Shown here piece by piece: positions 9,556 to 19,874 of a stretch of 56,571 nt of DNA. The position numbers and the translations under genes were made by a program. The first letter of the stretch is position 1. Each line of letters opens with the position of its first letter. The notes beneath the pieces were generated by a model. It saw only the letters and a program-made list of their open reading frames with translations, ran no database searches and was not told the DNA's origin. Source of the stretch: a virus (taxonomy: Duplodnaviria > Caudoviricetes); the IMG/VR virus record IMGVR_UViG_3300042197_000691, positions 1-56,571 of that record; one strand, written 5' to 3'.

Positions 9556-12500
9556 GCCCTGGCGTACAAGTTACAGTAATAGATGAAAGCAACTATGCAC
9601 CAACTGCTGTAGGTACGGTTGCTTATGTATTATTGGCAACCGCCGAAAATAAAGCAGCACCTGGCGGCACAGGCATTGCCCCAGGAACAACCGCAGAAAA
9701 CGCAGAAAAGATATACACAATTACCAGTCAGCGTGATTTATCAACGACATTCGGTGATCCAATATTTAAAACAACCACGGGCGGTTCAGCAATCAATGGT
9801 GATGAACAGAACGAATATGGTCTTATGGCTGCATATAGTAGCCTGGATGTTAGCAATACCATGTATGTTCAACGTGCTGATGTTGATCTATCAGAATTGA
9901 ATGGTACTACAATCAGACCACTAGCCGATCCAAATAATGGATCATTGTGGTTAGATACAGCAACAACTAATTTTGGTATTTACGAGTGGAATTATTCTAC
10001 AAACGAATTTACACAGCGTATACCTACTGTTATTACATCAAACACGTTACTTGCTGTAGATTCGTTTACACCTAACGTTGATATCGGATCAATCGGTGAT
10101 TATGCGGTAAATGCGATTAATCCAAATAACGCGGTATTCTATAAAGCGTATAACAATACATGGCAATTAGTTGGTAATACTGGATGGCAAAGTTCTATTC
10201 CATCCGTTACTGGAAATGTTACAAATCCAGTAATTGTTGCCAATGCTACAATAAACATTAATGGTACAAATATAGGATTAACTGCTAGTGACACACTATC
10301 TACTGTAGTTGGTCTTATTAACAGTGCGGGAGTCCCTGGTATATTTGCCAGAGCAGCAAGCAATCAACTTGTAATTTCAGCGAATGCCAGCGCAACTGGT
10401 AGCAATGCTAATATTACATCTATTAGTGGTAATGCTCTGAGCACTTTGGGTATTGCTGCTGGTGTTTATCCAGCGGCTGCAACTGCCTTTTCTCCGTACA
10501 ACACGGTACCATCTTGGCAAGGTCAATCAACGCCAGCAGCAAGTAAGCCGACTGGAAGTATCTGGCAAAAAGTTAGCGCATTGGGCAGCGGCGTGAACAT
10601 GATTGTTAAGGAATACAATTCATCAAGTGGAACTTGGAATCAATTAGTTGTAAACTCTTACGCAAATGTATTTGCGGCTTCATATAATTTAGATCCAACT
10701 GGCGGCGGTTTGAACATAGCACAAGGAACCGTTTTCAACCAGTACAATTCGTATGGAAATGATACTGTTGCTAGTTATCTATGGAGAAAACGTGTTTCTG
10801 GTACAACTGTTGCAACAGGTAGTTTAACTACTCCAGTTGCTCCTGGAGCAAGTTCCGATTTTACACTAACAACTAGACCAAGTCCTACCTCGGCTAATAC
10901 AACTGCTTACACTGTTACGATTTCTACTGGAACAGTTGCTGGATTTATACAGGCCGTTGCTGCGGCAAATATACCATATGTTTCAGCAGCACTTTCTAGC
11001 ACTGGTGCAATGACGTTAACACATTCCCTTGGCGGAGATATGTTGCTAGTTGATGGAAATGGTACACCACTATCAAACGTAGGTATTACCACTGCTGGGA
11101 CAAACATTTATGCCACACCTACGTTGGGTGATTCTGCTATCGTGGCAACAAATTGGCAGCCGCTTGAAGATGTACCATACGAGGCAAGTGTATCGCAACC
11201 ATTTATTGCTCCAGTAAACGGATCATTATGGTACTACAATACACCTAATCGTGTTGATATAATGATCAACAACGGTTCAGCGTGGGTAGGTTATAAAACT
11301 CTAAGTTCTGATATTAGAGGTTATAATTTAACAAACACTAATCCAAGTGGTGTAATATTATCAACAACTCCTCCTTCTAAACAAGATGATGGAGTAACAA
11401 ACGTTGTATATGGCGATTTATGGTTAGACACTGGAGATCTGGAAAATTATCCTGTAATTTACAGATATCAAAGAGTTAATGGAATAGATCAGTGGGTACT
11501 GATTGACAACAAAGATGCTGTTAGTCAAAATGGTATATATTTTGCTGACGCTCGTTGGGCACCTACAGCAAGTGTAGATCCGGCGTTAGATGCAATACCA
11601 TCAATTACTAGTATGTTAACTAGTAACTATGTTGATTTAGACGCTCCTAGTCCTCTACTATATCCAAGAGGTATGTTGTTATTCAATACCAGAGCAAGTG
11701 GTTATAACGTAAAGCAGTACACAGTTAATTATTTTACTGCTGCTAATTATCAAGGCGCGGCAGCATATGATGCTAATACGCCAACTGATATTACAAAACT
11801 ACCATTATATTCATCTGCTTGGGTAACTCGTGTTGGATTTGAATTAGATAGCGGTATACCTAACTTTGGTCGCAAAGCACCACGTGGAATAGTTGTAGCA
11901 GCACTAAAGGCGGCTATAGACGGTAGCGACATAATTCGTGAAGATGGCTATGGTTTTAATATAATGGCATGTCCAGGATATCCTGAATTAATACCTAATA
12001 TGATTGCGTTAAATAATTCAAAAGAAAATACGGCATTCATTATAGGTGATACTCCATTACGTTTACAAGGTAATGGTACTGATATACAGGCATGGGCTCA
12101 GAATCAGAACAATGCTTCAAGTACTGGCGAAAATGGACTAGTAACTACTGATCCTTATGTTGGTGTATACTATCCAGCAGGTCAGACCAATGATTTAAGT
12201 GGTAATAGTATAGTTGTACCAGCAAGTCATGCGGCACTAAGAACTCTTATACGTAGTGATAATGTAGGTTATCCTTGGTTAGCGCCAGCAGGTACTCGTC
12301 GTGGATTAATAGATAATTTTAATTCTATAGGCTACATCAGTTCATCAAATGGTCAATTTATAACTATTGGTGTAAATCAGGGTTTACGTGATGTACTTTA
12401 CGAAAACAAGGTTAATCCTCTTACTTTCTTACCAGGTAATGGGTTACTTGTATACGGTCAGAAAACATTAAGCGCAACACCTAGTGCTTTAGATAGAATA

Positions 12501-12845
12501 AATGTAGCCAGATTGGTTAACTATCTACGTAGACAATTAAACATAATTGCTAGACCATTCTTGTTTGAACCAAATGATCCAATAACAAGAAATGCTGTAC
12601 TTGCTGTTGTTAATAGTTTACTAACTGATTTAGTTGCCAAGCGTGGTGTAACAGACTATCTAGCGGTATGCGATGCTACTAACAACACACCTCAGCGTAT
12701 AGCAAATAACGAGTTGTATATAGATGTGGCAATACAGCCAACCAAGGATGTTGAATTCATTTACATCCCAATTAGACTTAAAAATCCTGGAGAGATTCAA
12801 GCAGGTAATTTAGCATCGTCAGCAGCAGTGGGAGCAGGAGCATAA
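9543..12845 (+). CDS. gp18: tail sheath protein
   Basis: MAIVSPGVQVTVIDES N-terminus; PWLAPAGTRRG, YGQKT, SALDRINVARL, FLFEPND, CDATNNT, EFIYIP motifs. Confidence 0.95.
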   Translation: MAIVSPGVQVTVIDESNYAPTAVGTVAYVLLATAENKAAPGGTGIAPGTTAENAEKIYTITSQRDLSTTFGDPIFKTTTGGSAINGDEQNEYGLMAAYSSLDVSNTMYVQRADVDLSELNGTTIRPLADPNNGSLWLDTATTNFGIYEWNYSTNEFTQRIPTVITSNTLLAVDSFTPNVDIGSIGDYAVNAINPNNAVFYKAYNNTWQLVGNTGWQSSIPSVTGNVTNPVIVANATININGTNIGLTASDTLSTVVGLINSAGVPGIFARAASNQLVISANASATGSNANITSISGNALSTLGIAAGVYPAAATAFSPYNTVPSWQGQSTPAASKPTGSIWQKVSALGSGVNMIVKEYNSSSGTWNQLVVNSYANVFAASYNLDPTGGGLNIAQGTVFNQYNSYGNDTVASYLWRKRVSGTTVATGSLTTPVAPGASSDFTLTTRPSPTSANTTAYTVTISTGTVAGFIQAVAAANIPYVSAALSSTGAMTLTHSLGGDMLLVDGNGTPLSNVGITTAGTNIYATPTLGDSAIVATNWQPLEDVPYEASVSQPFIAPVNGSLWYYNTPNRVDIMINNGSAWVGYKTLSSDIRGYNLTNTNPSGVILSTTPPSKQDDGVTNVVYGDLWLDTGDLENYPVIYRYQRVNGIDQWVLIDNKDAVSQNGIYFADARWAPTASVDPALDAIPSITSMLTSNYVDLDAPSPLLYPRGMLLFNTRASGYNVKQYTVNYFTAANYQGAAAYDANTPTDITKLPLYSSAWVTRVGFELDSGIPNFGRKAPRGIVVAALKAAIDGSDIIREDGYGFNIMACPGYPELIPNMIALNNSKENTAFIIGDTPLRLQGNGTDIQAWAQNQNNASSTGENGLVTTDPYVGVYYPAGQTNDLSGNSIVVPASHAALRTLIRSDNVGYPWLAPAGTRRGLIDNFNSIGYISSSNGQFITIGVNQGLRDVLYENKVNPLTFLPGNGLLVYGQKTLSATPSALDRINVARLVNYLRRQLNIIARPFLFEPNDPITRNAVLAVVNSLLTDLVAKRGVTDYLAVCDATNNTPQRIANNELYIDVAIQPTKDVEFIYIPIRLKNPGEIQAGNLASSAAVGAGA

Positions 12846-12846
12846 T

Positions 12847-13467
12847 ATGGCAGTTTCTTCGTTAACAAGATTTACCGTTCCTCTAGGAGGTAATCAAAGC
12901 GCATCAACACAGGGCTTATTAATGCCTAAACTTAAGTTTAGATTCAGAGCCTTGTTTGATAACTTTGGGGTAAGTAATCCAAAAACAGAACTCACTAAGC
13001 AAGTGATTACGTTTGCTAGACCCAGTGTGACTATGGAGCCAATCGAGATACCTATCTACAACAGTAGAATTTATCTTGCTGGTCGTCCATCATGGAGCAC
13101 TAGTGCTATCACCTTACGTGATGATGCTGGTGGTAATGTAAGTAGACTAGTCGGTGAACAACTACAGAAGCAATATGACTTCTTAGAACAAGCCAGCGCA
13201 AGTAGTGCTATTGATTATAAGTTCCAAACAGTGCTAGAAGTACTTGACGGTGCTAACGGCGCTACTGAGCCAACAGTGTTGGAAGCGTGGCGCCTAGAAG
13301 GTTGCTTCTTAAGTGAAGTAAACTATCAAGACATGGATTACGGCAGTAATGAACCAGTTACCATTCAAATGACTCTACGTTACGATAACGCTCTACAAAC
13401 TACTGGTGGCGGTGTCGGCACTACTGGCTTAACTCAATTCAATCCAGCATCTTCTATAACTGGATAA
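12847..13467 (+). CDS. gp19: tail tube protein
   Basis: Directly follows the sheath; RIYLAGRPSW, WRLEGCF, TLRYDNA. Confidence 0.85.
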   Translation: MAVSSLTRFTVPLGGNQSASTQGLLMPKLKFRFRALFDNFGVSNPKTELTKQVITFARPSVTMEPIEIPIYNSRIYLAGRPSWSTSAITLRDDAGGNVSRLVGEQLQKQYDFLEQASASSAIDYKFQTVLEVLDGANGATEPTVLEAWRLEGCFLSEVNYQDMDYGSNEPVTIQMTLRYDNALQTTGGGVGTTGLTQFNPASSITG

Positions 13468-13488
13468 TGAGATTTTTATCTTAATATG

Positions 13489-13516
13489 AAAAAGGCTCTG
13501 TAAATGAGCCTTTTTT
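13489..13516. terminator. bidirectional intrinsic terminator
   Basis: AAAAAGGCTC-TGTAAAT-GAGCCTTTTTT. Confidence 0.8.
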
Positions 13517-13532
13517 GTTGATAAATAATGTT

Positions 13533-16040
13533 ATGTCTTTATACAGTTCAAATCTTAGTCCATTACAACCTGGCGAATATACCCAGCCGTACAAACATGC
13601 TACAAAGTTATTTCTAGCAGATACGTATAGATTAGCGCCTAAACAAAGTTTTCTATACTATGTTGTTTTTGAAGTAGATCCGTCACAAACTGAACTAGGT
13701 AGTGGTATACTGAATAGTGCTCTAGAATTTGCTAACAGATACGAAGCACTAGAAAATGGATTATTAGTAAAAGATATTGAACTGCCAAAATTCAGTATTG
13801 GAGTTAAAACTCTAAATGCTTATAACAGAAAGAACATAGTTCAGACAAATATTACATATGATCCTATCAGCGTGACATTTCATGATGATGCTGCTAATGT
13901 TATAACAAAGTTTTGGAATGATTACTACACATACTATTTCAGAGACAGTGACTATACTGTATCTAGTTACGGTGTGCCAGAAAAATATGATAGACGTAGA
14001 TTAAGTGGCTGGGGTTACTCACCACGAAATGGATCAACAAACACTTTCTTAAAAAGCATACGCATATTCAGTTTACACAACAAGAATTTTACGGAGTATT
14101 ACTTAGTAAATCCAGTAATAAATTCATGGCGTCATGGGCGACATGAGGCATCATCTAACAGTGGGATCATGGAAAATACCATGACTGTTACGTATGAAAC
14201 GGTAAAATATTTCACTGGATTTATTAACCCTGTAAATGTAGACGGGTTCAGTTTATTACACTATGACAATGAAAAGAGTCCTATCGCCGGTAAATTCTTA
14301 GGTGATATCAGTGTAACTGGCGCCTTAAATGCTATAGATGGCGCACCAAAAGACCTGCGTAAGCCAGATAATTCACAGGGAGCAGGCGGCCCATTAAGTA
14401 GTTTACTTACTGTTTTTAGAACATATCAAAATCTTAAAAATGCTGATTTGAATGCAGCAGCGGCTACCAGTATAGCAGCAGCAGGAGCATCAGTATTAAA
14501 TGGTGTATTGAATGGCTCAGTGGCATTTCCAACTGATAGCACAAATACATCTAGAGTTTTTACTAATTCAACCACAGGATCTTCTGGATATGCCAACAGT
14601 GGTAGATCTAATGCGGTAACATTTGGCACTATTGCTGCTGGAATCGCGCTAGGGGCCTCAATTAATTCTGGAAATGACAAATTAAATCAATTACGAAATA
14701 CATATAGCAGGGGAATTAATAATTCATTAGGAGGAGCAATTCCTGCGTCAGGAGAATATACTAGAGTATACGATGTAGTCGGTGGTAATGGTGGTATTTA
14801 TGTTGACCCAAGTTCTATGCAGCCAAGTACTGGAACATCTACCGCCTATGTTTTTGATAACACTGGTGGAATTGTAAATCAATATCAAGTAGCAGGCACT
14901 ACTGATAAATCATACGATCCAAATGATGCTAGTTTAAATCTTTCGTATACTCAACGTACTACCGATGCAGCAGGCAGAGATGTAATAGTAGCAACATATC
15001 AAGACGGAACCAGAGTGACCTTTGATGAACAATCTGGAGATACGCTTGATGTATCTAATGGTTCTAATAATTCTAATTTTCTGGGTTTAAATACAAATAT
15101 AAACAATACATTTACTGATACAAGATCATTATATGCTTCTGGTCAACAAGTAGCAACAAATGCTATTCAAACTATAACTAATCCAACTACTGGAATTATC
15201 TCAGCAGTTGCAGGAATTACATCTGGAAGAGTTGTAGATACGGTTGCTGGCTTAGCCGCTGGCGCTGTAGGATCCGTGATTGCTGGCCCATTCGGTGGAA
15301 TAGTTGGTAGTCTTGTAGGCAGAAGTTTAACTAACGAATCGGCCACTACTTCTGGAAATCAAATAGGTCGCGCAGTTTCCGGTGGAATAACACCAGTTAT
15401 AGATAGAGTTACTGGAGATGTACGTCAGGGTATCAATAATTTAACAGGTGCTATACAAAATGTAGTAGGTAGTTGGACAGGTTTAGGTGGATTTAATATA
15501 AATTCTCCCAACGATAACTTAATAAGTACTGCGTTCAATCCAGATGGCAGTAAAGTTGAAACTTACAAGAATGGAGATATTCTTTTTACAGATCAAGATG
15601 GTGGTCAAACATTCACTAAGGGAACGTCAAACTTTGGACTGACTAGTTTCGTTAATAGTATATTTGGCCAAAATAGAGATGCGACTGGTCCTGCGTTTGG
15701 AGTTGAATTCGCATCTATATGGACGGATGGCAGTGGTAATCCAATTGTGGATAGCAGTGGCAATTATGTTACTACGGCTGGTGACAGAAGTTTCTTACCA
15801 GAGACACCAAGTGCTTTCGCAGCAACTTTTGATCGTGAAGCACAAGATGCTATTTCTGCTATTGAATCAGCAGTGGCAGCAGATGCTTACGATCAAGAAG
15901 CAAGAGATGCTATTTCTGCTATTGAGTCAGCCGTTTTTGGTGGTAGTGATCCTAGTGCATATAGTGACGCTACTGATTCTTACGGTAGTTATAGTGATTA
16001 TGGATCATTTGCCGATAGTTTAGGTGATTTCCCAGGGTAA
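13533..16040 (+). CDS. tube-fold baseplate protein (gp54/gp48-like N-terminus) with long Gly/Ser/Thr-rich extension
   Basis: LVKDIELPKF...YDPISVTFHDD...MTVTYE resembles the tube fold. Start placed at the ATG 5 nt after TAAATA. Confidence 0.6.
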   Translation: MSLYSSNLSPLQPGEYTQPYKHATKLFLADTYRLAPKQSFLYYVVFEVDPSQTELGSGILNSALEFANRYEALENGLLVKDIELPKFSIGVKTLNAYNRKNIVQTNITYDPISVTFHDDAANVITKFWNDYYTYYFRDSDYTVSSYGVPEKYDRRRLSGWGYSPRNGSTNTFLKSIRIFSLHNKNFTEYYLVNPVINSWRHGRHEASSNSGIMENTMTVTYETVKYFTGFINPVNVDGFSLLHYDNEKSPIAGKFLGDISVTGALNAIDGAPKDLRKPDNSQGAGGPLSSLLTVFRTYQNLKNADLNAAAATSIAAAGASVLNGVLNGSVAFPTDSTNTSRVFTNSTTGSSGYANSGRSNAVTFGTIAAGIALGASINSGNDKLNQLRNTYSRGINNSLGGAIPASGEYTRVYDVVGGNGGIYVDPSSMQPSTGTSTAYVFDNTGGIVNQYQVAGTTDKSYDPNDASLNLSYTQRTTDAAGRDVIVATYQDGTRVTFDEQSGDTLDVSNGSNNSNFLGLNTNINNTFTDTRSLYASGQQVATNAIQTITNPTTGIISAVAGITSGRVVDTVAGLAAGAVGSVIAGPFGGIVGSLVGRSLTNESATTSGNQIGRAVSGGITPVIDRVTGDVRQGINNLTGAIQNVVGSWTGLGGFNINSPNDNLISTAFNPDGSKVETYKNGDILFTDQDGGQTFTKGTSNFGLTSFVNSIFGQNRDATGPAFGVEFASIWTDGSGNPIVDSSGNYVTTAGDRSFLPETPSAFAATFDREAQDAISAIESAVAADAYDQEARDAISAIESAVFGGSDPSAYSDATDSYGSYSDYGSFADSLGDFPG
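15831..15934 (+). repeat. two-copy intragenic repeat, 60-bp period (DxEAxDAISAIESAV)
   Basis: GATGCTATTTCTGCTATTGA occurs twice, 60 bp apart. Confidence 0.8.
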
Positions 16041-16044
16041 TTGT

Positions 16045-16371
16045 ATGGATACACAACAGTATTTTAATAACTATTTCAAACCAAAAACGGAGATAAGCGA
16101 AAGTACAAATGACGCTATACTCAGTTACTTTGAACAACAAACTGGAAGTACAGAAACGGCCAAACAATTGGTACAGATAATAATTGATACTGCTACGGCG
16201 CAAAACATAGATCCACTAGCAGTGTTAAACACCTTTGTAAATTTGAAAACTTCAGAGTTAAGTCCTATTTTAGCATTATATTTAAACTCCAGCAGGGCAA
16301 ATACCAGTTATCTAGGTGTAAAAATTCAACCTAAACAAAGTCAATTCGTCACACGAAGCATAGTCAATTAA
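16045..16371 (+). CDS. hypothetical protein (virion module)
   Basis: ORF tightly packed between its neighbours. Confidence 0.65.
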   Translation: MDTQQYFNNYFKPKTEISESTNDAILSYFEQQTGSTETAKQLVQIIIDTATAQNIDPLAVLNTFVNLKTSELSPILALYLNSSRANTSYLGVKIQPKQSQFVTRSIVN

Positions 16372-16372
16372 C

Positions 16373-16807
16373 ATGGCAAAATACGCAAACGGATTCTATA
16401 CAGTAAAGAACCCAGAAAAATACGTTGGTAAAAAACAACCACACTATCGTTCATCATGGGAATTCGCTTTCATGAACTTTTGCGATAACAATCCAAATGT
16501 ACATCAATGGGCAAGTGAAGCAATACACATAAACTACCGAAATCCATTCACTGGGAAGAATACCATATATGTACCAGACTTTCTAATAGTGTACGTTGAT
16601 CAAAATGGTAACAAGCACGGTGAAGTTATTGAAATTAAGCCACTTAAAGAAACGACAATGGAATCAGCAAAGACCAAACGAGACAAAGCAATGGTTGCTC
16701 TTAACTCATGTAAGTGGGAAGCAGCAAGAAAATTCTGTGCCCAACAGGGGTTAACGTTTCGTGTGGTGAATGAGAGCGACATATTTCATCAAGGCAAAAA
16801 ACGTTAA
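16373..16807 (+). CDS. gp4: head completion nuclease (T4 gp4-like, TnsA-type PD-(D/E)XK)
   Basis: KNPEKYVG, YRSSWE, WASE, YVPDF, EIKP, KWEAA motifs. Confidence 0.88.
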   Translation: MAKYANGFYTVKNPEKYVGKKQPHYRSSWEFAFMNFCDNNPNVHQWASEAIHINYRNPFTGKNTIYVPDFLIVYVDQNGNKHGEVIEIKPLKETTMESAKTKRDKAMVALNSCKWEAARKFCAQQGLTFRVVNESDIFHQGKKR

Positions 16808-16822
16808 TTGAGGAGAATCAAA

Positions 16823-17293
16823 ATTACTAAGAAACTGGAATCACTATTCAATTTGCCATCAAATGAAGATGTAGATGATGTAAATACGATCATTGAAGAA
16901 AACAAAGTCATCATAGAAGAAATAGATCAAGCAATAGATAAGATTGATGCGGCATTGCCAGAAGTTCGTGGACTAGATGCTACTGAACAAGAAATGGATG
17001 AGTTAGCAAAATTAGCCACTGACAAGTTTAATGACTTGATGGATCTTGGCATGAACATGGAAGCACGATTCAGTGGCACAGTGTTTCAAACTGCTGGTGT
17101 ATTGTTAGGACATGCTATTACTGCTAAACAGGCAAAACTGGACAAAAAATTGCGTATGATTGATCTTCAACTAAAGAAACAAAAGATGGATCTACAGTAT
17201 AAAGACGAAAAAGGTGCTCCAACTGTTGAAGGCGAAAGTAAAATTATGGACAGAAATAGTCTATTAGCAGCGATTCTAGGCAAAACACCGTAG
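16823..17293 (+). CDS. coiled-coil protein, possible terminase small subunit; probable ATT start
   Basis: GAGGAG RBS lies 7 nt before the in-frame ATT-ACT-AAG. Helical acidic protein; the function is inferred only. Confidence 0.55.
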   Translation: MTKKLESLFNLPSNEDVDDVNTIIEENKVIIEEIDQAIDKIDAALPEVRGLDATEQEMDELAKLATDKFNDLMDLGMNMEARFSGTVFQTAGVLLGHAITAKQAKLDKKLRMIDLQLKKQKMDLQYKDEKGAPTVEGESKIMDRNSLLAAILGKTP

Positions 17294-17334
17294 TAAAATT
17301 GTAATTTGTATAAATACTCAATATAGGAACGCAC

Positions 17335-17934
17335 ATGAAGAGTTTTAAATCATATTTAACAGAAAGTCAACATACCTATGACTTCAAGGTACGACTTGCT
17401 TGTGAACTACCTGACGATATGATGGGTAAAATCAAGACAGTACTTGAAGCATATAAAGTTGCTACAGTTAGTAAACCAAAAAGATTGCCTATACAGGAAA
17501 CTCCTGAATTTCCTAGTCTAGGTCCAGTTGAAATTCACATGTTTGATGTAAGTTTACATTATCCATGTAACGACGAACAAGTTAGAACACTGATCGCTGA
17601 ACGTTGTGCTTTAAGTCCAGCAATGGTAAAAGTCACACCAGCACATAGTCCATATGAAGCGGTTGCTGCTGGACTAGAGCGTAGCAATGTGGGTGATAGC
17701 AGAGAAAGTGTTCTATTACAAGCAGAAATGAAGACAGAAAAGGTATTACCTACACTAGTGGGCGATGCTAGAATTCCTGAGTTGATCAAGGAATTAGAAG
17801 AAACAAGAAAATATGAATACAGTAAAGTTGCTGGTGGAGTCACAAAGAAATCACAGACAACTGATGATGTGCCTGTTGGAAAAATTAGCCCATTAGGTTC
17901 ACACAAGCCAAAATTACCAACGGTAAAGAAATAA
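17335..17934 (+). CDS. hypothetical head-associated protein
   Basis: MKSFKSYLTE N-terminus typical of T4-like internal head proteins; TATAAATA upstream. Confidence 0.6.
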   Translation: MKSFKSYLTESQHTYDFKVRLACELPDDMMGKIKTVLEAYKVATVSKPKRLPIQETPEFPSLGPVEIHMFDVSLHYPCNDEQVRTLIAERCALSPAMVKVTPAHSPYEAVAAGLERSNVGDSRESVLLQAEMKTEKVLPTLVGDARIPELIKELEETRKYEYSKVAGGVTKKSQTTDDVPVGKISPLGSHKPKLPTVKK

Positions 17935-17951
17935 CTCGGAAAGATAACACC

Positions 17952-19874
17952 ATGAGTAACAATATATACGACATCATGAAAAAACTAAACGCAGTATCTG
18001 AACAGGATGCTGCGCCTGTAAGCAAGCAAGGCAGTACGCTACTTGAAAGTACTATGAAAGAAGTACTTAATGAAAAGTACATGGGTTTTGATAAAACAGT
18101 TGCTGCTATCAAAAAAGGTGGTAGTGCTAAAGATCCAGAAGCAGTTGCGGCTAGCATAGGTCGTAAAAAGTATGGTAAAGAAAAATTTCAAGCAGCGGCT
18201 GCTAAAGGTAAAAAGTTGTCCGAAAGGACATGGACAGATCCAGAAACAGGTGAATTTCATGGTTCGTTGGCTTCTACTCTTCAGCCAAATACTCCTCAAT
18301 CCTCAGCGCCATCGCTTCAGCAACAGATGGCAGATCAAGCCGCTCGTCGTAGACAATCCATGGGATTACAGCCTAAACAAGAAAGTGAAACTTTTAACGA
18401 AGACGATATGGAAGAAGGTAATATGTTTACTGGCAATTTAGCCAAGGCTCGTGCGGCAGGCAAAAAGCGTGCTGATCTGGACGGTGATGGCGATATGGAA
18501 ACTGTGCGTGAAGGTGCCAAGCCGGACTATATTGATTTGGACAAAGATGGCAATCGTAAAGAATCCATGAAGAAGGCGGCTGCTGATAAGAAAAAACAAG
18601 GTGTGGCGGAAGGCACCAAGGAAACATCAACTGGTCGTGTTCACAAGGCCGAACCAGGCGGCTATGGTCGTAAGGATGACGAAGATGAGGACAAGAAAAA
18701 AGATAAAAAAGCAGAACCAGCAGTAAAGCGTGGTCGCGGTCGTCCTAAGAAAGATGCCGATAGTGAAACTGGTGAAGTAAAGAAGTGGGACACAGATACT
18801 CTACAGAGTTTGATTGGAGGCAGTGTACCAAAGAAACTGCCAGGTAAAGCCAGCGTCAAACACAAAATCAAAGACGAACCAGATGAGAAGTTAGACGAAG
18901 TAGCGCCACCAGGAGCAAAAGCGGAACGCATGGTCAAGCATATCAAAAAGGGTTATGCCAAAGATGGCAAAGTAACACCAAAAGAAAAAGGCATTGCCTA
19001 TGCTACAGCATGGAAAGCAAAGAAAGCAGGTAAAGTAGAGGAATCTATTCCACCTGGTTTCCCACGTGAACTAGCAAAGAGAATTTATGAACATTATGCC
19101 GGTGATATCAATAGTACACTAAACGCAATGTGGAATGTACATAATACGGTCATGGAAAGTAAAGTTTCCCGCAGCAAGAAAAAGTTAAGTGAAGGCATGA
19201 CTTTTGAACAATCAACCACTAAGCCAGCGATGGGTACATACAAGGGTGGTGTATGGACTGCTGATCCTCCAAAGAAAGGTGAAGTAGGTGTTCCTGCTCC
19301 TTCTCCAGATGAAGGCGCTCCAGCATCATCACCCGCTAAAAAGCGTCCAGCACCCAAAGCAGCCAAAGAAGATGTTAGTGAAAACAAAGAACTATCTGAT
19401 GTCTTAAAATTAGCAGGCATGGTCGAAGAATCAGTTAAAGTTGATGAATGCGGTATGAGTCCTATCAGTGGAGCATATGGTGATAGTATGGCCAATACTG
19501 AAGGTCGTATGAGTATCAGCACTAACATGAGCACTGACGGGAACAAAACAGTAACGATCACAGCAGATGGCGATGCAGCCGGTGATTTAATGAAGATGTT
19601 GAAGTTAGCAGGCATAAACTCAGACGGAGGTGAGGACACCGACGTTGAAAAAATGTCGGAAGAAAAGGATGATAGATACGAAGCCAATACTACTCCAGAA
19701 GAAGAGGTATTACCCGTTCAAACACAATTAAAGGGCGGTAATGGAGAAGTGGCTGGAAAAGAAAAGAAAATGACTCCTCATGGTTATAAGTTTGCGGATA
19801 ATCCATTAGCAATGAAAGAAAGCATGACTCTGAAATTGATGAAAGAATACGAGAGTATAAAGAAAACAAAATGA
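17952..19874 (+). CDS. large charged internal head / prohead-core-like protein
   Basis: Lys/Glu-rich; repeated (L/V)xE motifs; AT-hook-like KRGRGRPKK; DxDxDG motifs. Confidence 0.6.
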   Translation: MSNNIYDIMKKLNAVSEQDAAPVSKQGSTLLESTMKEVLNEKYMGFDKTVAAIKKGGSAKDPEAVAASIGRKKYGKEKFQAAAAKGKKLSERTWTDPETGEFHGSLASTLQPNTPQSSAPSLQQQMADQAARRRQSMGLQPKQESETFNEDDMEEGNMFTGNLAKARAAGKKRADLDGDGDMETVREGAKPDYIDLDKDGNRKESMKKAAADKKKQGVAEGTKETSTGRVHKAEPGGYGRKDDEDEDKKKDKKAEPAVKRGRGRPKKDADSETGEVKKWDTDTLQSLIGGSVPKKLPGKASVKHKIKDEPDEKLDEVAPPGAKAERMVKHIKKGYAKDGKVTPKEKGIAYATAWKAKKAGKVEESIPPGFPRELAKRIYEHYAGDINSTLNAMWNVHNTVMESKVSRSKKKLSEGMTFEQSTTKPAMGTYKGGVWTADPPKKGEVGVPAPSPDEGAPASSPAKKRPAPKAAKEDVSENKELSDVLKLAGMVEESVKVDECGMSPISGAYGDSMANTEGRMSISTNMSTDGNKTVTITADGDAAGDLMKMLKLAGINSDGGEDTDVEKMSEEKDDRYEANTTPEEEVLPVQTQLKGGNGEVAGKEKKMTPHGYKFADNPLAMKESMTLKLMKEYESIKKTK

